Made by a program: the position numbers and the translations under genes
Shown here: in pieces, positions 60,185-64,000 of the stretch
How the letters are laid out: every line of letters starts with the position of its first letter
Position numbering within the stretch: the stretch's first letter is position 1
Assembly (NCBI GenBank): GCA_036834885.1
Contig: DAITNA010000003.1
Span: forward strand, 160,774-224,773
Source of the DNA: Pseudohongiella sp.
Lineage (GTDB): Bacteria; Pseudomonadota; Gammaproteobacteria; Pseudomonadales; Pseudohongiellaceae
Reading direction: 5' to 3'
Length of the DNA stretch: 64,000 nt
The notes under the pieces: generated by a model
What the model was told of the DNA's origin: nothing
The model's database searches: none
What the model saw: the letters and a program-made list of their open reading frames with translations, nothing else

Positions 60185-60484
60185 ATGTCTGACAAAACCA
60201 TTGAATCCTTGCAGGATATTCTGGACATGATGAATCCGGAAATTCACATGAACCTGAAAACGGCAGTGGAACTGGGCAAGTGGGCTGATGGTCGCCGGCT
60301 CACGCCCGAGCAGATCGAGCATTGCATGCAGGCTATTATTGCTTATGAGCAAAAACATTTGCCGGAAGAGATGCGCGTGGGTTACATCGATCGCACGGGG
60401 CTGAAAAAGACCCAGTGTGATGATCACGACCATTCGGCCCATGATCCGCAGCGTGTGGATCCGGTGACAATCGTTCGGCATTAA
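60185..60484 (+). CDS. DUF1315 (YeaC-like) family protein (99 aa)
   Basis: MNPEIHMNLKTAVELGKWADGRRLTPEQIEHCMQAIIAYE is the pattern I recall for YeaC-type proteins. Confidence 0.65.
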   Translation: MSDKTIESLQDILDMMNPEIHMNLKTAVELGKWADGRRLTPEQIEHCMQAIIAYEQKHLPEEMRVGYIDRTGLKKTQCDDHDHSAHDPQRVDPVTIVRH

Positions 60485-60506
60485 GTGCCGGGAAGGACCC
60501 CCATTC

Positions 60507-61337
60507 ATGCAGGTATTGGCGCAAGGTACGGTACAAAAACTTCACAGCAGACTGGACAAGCCGGTCAGCTACCAGATGCCGCTGGGTGATTCGCGCACAC
60601 CGCTCAATGCCTTGCTGGGGCAAACCGTGCGCCTGCGTTATCTGGGCACCATACACTGCGTGTATTGCGGGCGGCTCAGCAGCAAAAGTTTTAATCAGGG
60701 ATATTGTTATCCGTGTTTTCAAAAACTGGCGCAGTGTGACAGCTGCATTATTCACCCGGAGAAGTGCCACTTTGATCAGGGCACCTGTCGCGAACCCTCC
60801 TGGGGTGAAGAGTTCTGCATGCAGGATCACATTGTGTACCTGGCCAACTCCTCCGGCGTCAAGATTGGCATCACACGCGCGACACAAGTGCCCACGCGCT
60901 GGATCGACCAGGGCGCGATTCAGGCGCTGCCCATAGTGCGCGTGCGCAGCCGTTTGCAAAGCGGGGCACTGGAGGTGATGTTCCGCCAGCATGTGACCGA
61001 CAAAACCAACTGGCGTGACATGCTGGCAGAAGGCGACCAGATTGTTGATCTGCCGGCCGAGCGCGATCATTTGCTGTCGCTGTGCAAGCAGGACTTGCAT
61101 GAGCTGGAACAGCGCTTCGGCTTTCACGCCATCAGCGTGCTCACCGGCATTGATCCGCTGGATATTCACTATCCGGTGCAGGGATACCCGGAAAAAATCG
61201 AGGCACTCAATTTCGACAAACAGGCCCTGATTGAAGGCACCTTGCTCGGTATCAAGGGCCAATACATGATTTTCGACATCGGTGTGATCAATATTCGCCG
61301 CTTCAGCGGTTATGACATCGAGCTCAGCAGCCAGTAA
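60507..61337 (+). CDS. DUF2797-family protein with Cys-rich zinc-ribbon-like segment (276 aa)
   Basis: [54 protein letters not shown]. Its position next to pepN matches Pseudomonas-type genomes. The family call is from memory. Confidence 0.6.
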   Translation: MQVLAQGTVQKLHSRLDKPVSYQMPLGDSRTPLNALLGQTVRLRYLGTIHCVYCGRLSSKSFNQGYCYPCFQKLAQCDSCIIHPEKCHFDQGTCREPSWGEEFCMQDHIVYLANSSGVKIGITRATQVPTRWIDQGAIQALPIVRVRSRLQSGALEVMFRQHVTDKTNWRDMLAEGDQIVDLPAERDHLLSLCKQDLHELEQRFGFHAISVLTGIDPLDIHYPVQGYPEKIEALNFDKQALIEGTLLGIKGQYMIFDIGVINIRRFSGYDIELSSQ

Positions 61338-61351
61338 AGGCAGGATGTGTT

Positions 61352-64000
61352 ATGAGAGATGCACAGGCAAAAACCATTTATTTGAAAGACTATCAGGTTC
61401 CCGCGTTTCTGATTGATGTCACCGAGTTGCACTTTGAACTCGGTGAAACCGACACCCGCGTGCGCTCGCGCTTGCACATGCGGCGCAACCCGGACTTGCT
61501 TGGTAACCGTCACAACACCTTGCGTCTGGACGGGCAGGATCTGCAATTGTTGTCGCTGCGTCTGGACGGGCAATTGCTGAGTGCAGCGCAGTATCGTGTC
61601 GAAGACGAGGCCCTGACCATCAGCGGACTCGACAGTCTGCTCGGTGATACCCTCGACAGCGGTTTTGTACTGGAATGTGAAACCCTGATCAAACCGCAGG
61701 AAAACACCAGCCTTGAAGGCCTGTACAAATCCAGCAGCATGTTTTGCACCCAGTGTGAGGCGGAAGGTTTTCGCAAGATCACTTACTACCTCGACCGCCC
61801 TGATGTCATGGCCAAGTTTGTCACCACCATCGTGGCAGACAAGACCCGTTACCCGGTGCTGCTGTCCAATGGCAACGACATCGCGCGCGGTGATCTCGAG
61901 GATGGCCGGCATTGGGTCAGCTGGGAAGATCCGTTCCGCAAACCCTGTTATCTGTTTGCCCTGGTTGCCGGTGATCTGAAGTCTATTGAAGATCATTTCA
62001 CCACCATGTCCGGTCGTGACATTACCTTGCGCATTTTTGTTGAGGAAAAGGATCTCGACAAATGTGATCACGCCATGCTGTCGCTGAAAAACGCCATGCG
62101 CTGGGATGAAGAAGTGTACGGCCGCGAATACGATCTCGACATTTTTATGATCGTGGCCGTGGACGATTTCAACATGGGGGCAATGGAAAACAAGGGCCTG
62201 AATATCTTCAACACCTCCTGTGTGCTGGCCAACCCGGCCACCACCACCGATCTCGCATTCCAGCGTGTGGAAGCAGTGGTTGCCCACGAGTACTTCCACA
62301 ACTGGTCAGGCAACCGCGTGACCTGTCGCGACTGGTTCCAGCTCAGCCTCAAGGAAGGCTTTACCGTGTTCCGCGATGCCGAGTTCTCCGCCGATATGGG
62401 TTCGCGCACGGTCAAGCGAGTAGATGACGTCAGCTTCCTGCGCACCCAGCAGTTTGCCGAGGATGCCGGTCCCATGGCTCATCCTGTGCGTCCTGACTCC
62501 TACATGGAAATCTCCAACTTCTACACGCTGACGATCTACGAAAAAGGTGCCGAGGTTGTGCGCATGATTCGTGAGCTGATCGGGCCGGACAATTTCCGCA
62601 AAGGCTCGGATCTGTATTTTGAGCGCCACGACGGACAAGCCGTCACCACCGAAGATTTTGTGCGTGCGATGGAAGAGGCCAGTGGTGTCAACCTGCAGCA
62701 GTTCCGTTTGTGGTACTCGCAAGCGGGCACGCCCCAGCTGCAGGCGACTGGACACTACGATGCCTCAGCCGGCACTTACGAACTGCTGGTGCGACAGTCT
62801 TGCCCGCCCACACCCGAGCAGCCAACCAAACAACCTTTCCATATCCCGTTGCGCATGGGACTGCTCGGCGCAGATGGACAGGCCTTGCCGCTGCGTTTGC
62901 AGGGTGAAAAGGGGTCTGACCCTATTTATGAGCGGGTGCTGGACGTCACCAAACCGGTGCAAAGTTTTGTGTTCACCGGCATCACGGAAGAACCGGTACC
63001 TTCCTTGCTGCGCGGTTTCTCGGCGCCGGTCAAACTGTCGTTTGATTACACGCGTGAGCAGCTGCTGTTTATCATGACACGCGACAGTGACGGTTTTAAT
63101 CGCTGGAATGCCGCGCAGGAACTGGCGGTGGGTGTGATACAGGAATTGCTCGCCGCCCACCAGCAAGGCAGCACAAAGGCAGAGGTCTATCCCGGCCTGA
63201 TCGCCGCCTGCGCTGAGTTGCTTGATGCGGCAATCGCTGATGCCTCCGGTACCGCGCAACTGGATCAGGCCATGCTGGCACAACTGCTGACCTTGCCCTC
63301 GGAAGCCTATCTGGGCGAACTGGCCACTGAAATTGATGTCGATGGCATACACACGGTGCGCGAGTTTGTTGCCAACACCCTGGCCAGCGCCCATGCCGAT
63401 GCGTTTGCCCGGCTCTATCAGCTGTGTCAGTCCGATGAACCCTATCGCGCCGATGCCGCAGGCATTGCCCGGCGCGCACTGAAAAACACCTGTCTGGCTT
63501 ACCTGATGCGCTTGCCACAAGCGCAGTATCTGCAGAGCTGTTACCAGCAGTTCAGCACCGGCAGCAACATGACCGATGTCGATGCGGCGCTGCGTCTGCT
63601 GGTCAACAGCCGTTATCCCGAGGCGGCGGCCTTGCGCGAGCAGGCACTGGCTGACTTCTATCAGCGCTGGCAACACGAGTCACTGGTAGTTAACCAGTGG
63701 TTTACCGTGCAAGCCATTGCCAGCCGTCCGGACGCACTGCAGCAGGTCAAGACACTGATGCAACACGAGTCGTTTGACCTGCGCAATCCCAACAAAGTGC
63801 GTGCGCTGATCGGCGCGTTCAGCAATTCCAACCCGGTCAACTTCCATCAGTTATCGGGAGACGGATATGCGTTTCTCGCTGATCAGGTGATTGCGCTGAA
63901 TCTGATGAATCCGCAGATTGCCGCGCGCTTGCTGACACCGTTAACACGCTGGAAAAAATACAACCTGACCCGTCAGGGCCTGATGAAAGCACAGCTGCAA
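61352..64000 (+). CDS. pepN: Aminopeptidase N (M1 family), 883 codons, 3' end beyond the window
   Basis: [32 protein letters not shown]... Also [12 protein letters not shown], and [29 protein letters not shown] (HExxH-18-E) at about 62285-62370. The frame stays open to base 64000. It is not in the supplied ORF track, presumably because no stop lies inside the window. Confidence 0.93.
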   Translation, partial: MRDAQAKTIYLKDYQVPAFLIDVTELHFELGETDTRVRSRLHMRRNPDLLGNRHNTLRLDGQDLQLLSLRLDGQLLSAAQYRVEDEALTISGLDSLLGDTLDSGFVLECETLIKPQENTSLEGLYKSSSMFCTQCEAEGFRKITYYLDRPDVMAKFVTTIVADKTRYPVLLSNGNDIARGDLEDGRHWVSWEDPFRKPCYLFALVAGDLKSIEDHFTTMSGRDITLRIFVEEKDLDKCDHAMLSLKNAMRWDEEVYGREYDLDIFMIVAVDDFNMGAMENKGLNIFNTSCVLANPATTTDLAFQRVEAVVAHEYFHNWSGNRVTCRDWFQLSLKEGFTVFRDAEFSADMGSRTVKRVDDVSFLRTQQFAEDAGPMAHPVRPDSYMEISNFYTLTIYEKGAEVVRMIRELIGPDNFRKGSDLYFERHDGQAVTTEDFVRAMEEASGVNLQQFRLWYSQAGTPQLQATGHYDASAGTYELLVRQSCPPTPEQPTKQPFHIPLRMGLLGADGQALPLRLQGEKGSDPIYERVLDVTKPVQSFVFTGITEEPVPSLLRGFSAPVKLSFDYTREQLLFIMTRDSDGFNRWNAAQELAVGVIQELLAAHQQGSTKAEVYPGLIAACAELLDAAIADASGTAQLDQAMLAQLLTLPSEAYLGELATEIDVDGIHTVREFVANTLASAHADAFARLYQLCQSDEPYRADAAGIARRALKNTCLAYLMRLPQAQYLQSCYQQFSTGSNMTDVDAALRLLVNSRYPEAAALREQALADFYQRWQHESLVVNQWFTVQAIASRPDALQQVKTLMQHESFDLRNPNKVRALIGAFSNSNPVNFHQLSGDGYAFLADQVIALNLMNPQIAARLLTPLTRWKKYNLTRQGLMKAQLQ

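Noticed and set aside
61310-63676. Two long minus-strand ORFs (61310-62299, 329 aa; 62765-63676, 303 aa) in a stretch where the track lists no + strand gene.
   Set aside because: The + strand frame from 61352 is open to the window end and encodes aminopeptidase N (GAMEN and HExxH-18-E motifs). The minus ORFs are antisense shadows.

Overview
This is a 64-kb chromosomal segment of a gammaproteobacterium. I saw no transposase, integrase, CRISPR array, toxin-antitoxin pair or recognisable defence gene. Bases 1-14085 are the filament and cap end of a flagellar locus: flgK (5' end outside the window), flgL, a divergent AT-rich FliT-like gene, one giant flagellin (1194 aa), flaG, a non-flagellar secreted protein inserted on the opposite strand, a giant cap protein FliD (934 aa), fliS, and the sigma-54 activator fleQ. 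From 14087 onward the window is tightly packed housekeeping DNA. Its order resembles, from memory, the Pseudomonas-type backbone: DUF3108-purN-purM / DUF2066-hda / DUF2069-wrbA-arsC-yihY-proS / HU-like / aspS-ruvCAB-tolQRAB-pal-cpoB-queE-queC-tRNA-Lys / ECF sigma cassette / nadA / bepA / tusA-like-AI-2E transporter-dapA-bamC-rmuC-miaE / LRR lipoprotein / fkpA-apeB / mnmC / prfB (+1 frameshift)-lysS-ung / FAD reductase / queD / tRNA-Val-tRNA-Asp / PLP enzyme / secreted metzincin / nadK-rhomboid-DUF1315-DUF2797-pepN (3' end outside the window). The most unusual content is in the flagellar block. The flagellin, the cap and, in single copy, FlgK all carry the same roughly 90-100-aa IN-motif module: four strictly periodic copies plus two larger paralogous units in FliC, and three copies in FliD. 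This suggests co-expansion of the outer surface of filament and cap. The block also holds a near-consensus sigma-28 promoter embedded antisense in the FliT-like gene, further sigma-28 and sigma-54 promoter candidates, and a foreign secreted protein bounded by a 53-bp palindromic terminator. I did not find a discrete novel multi-gene system elsewhere. All functional calls rest on motif and pattern recognition by eye; no searches were run.
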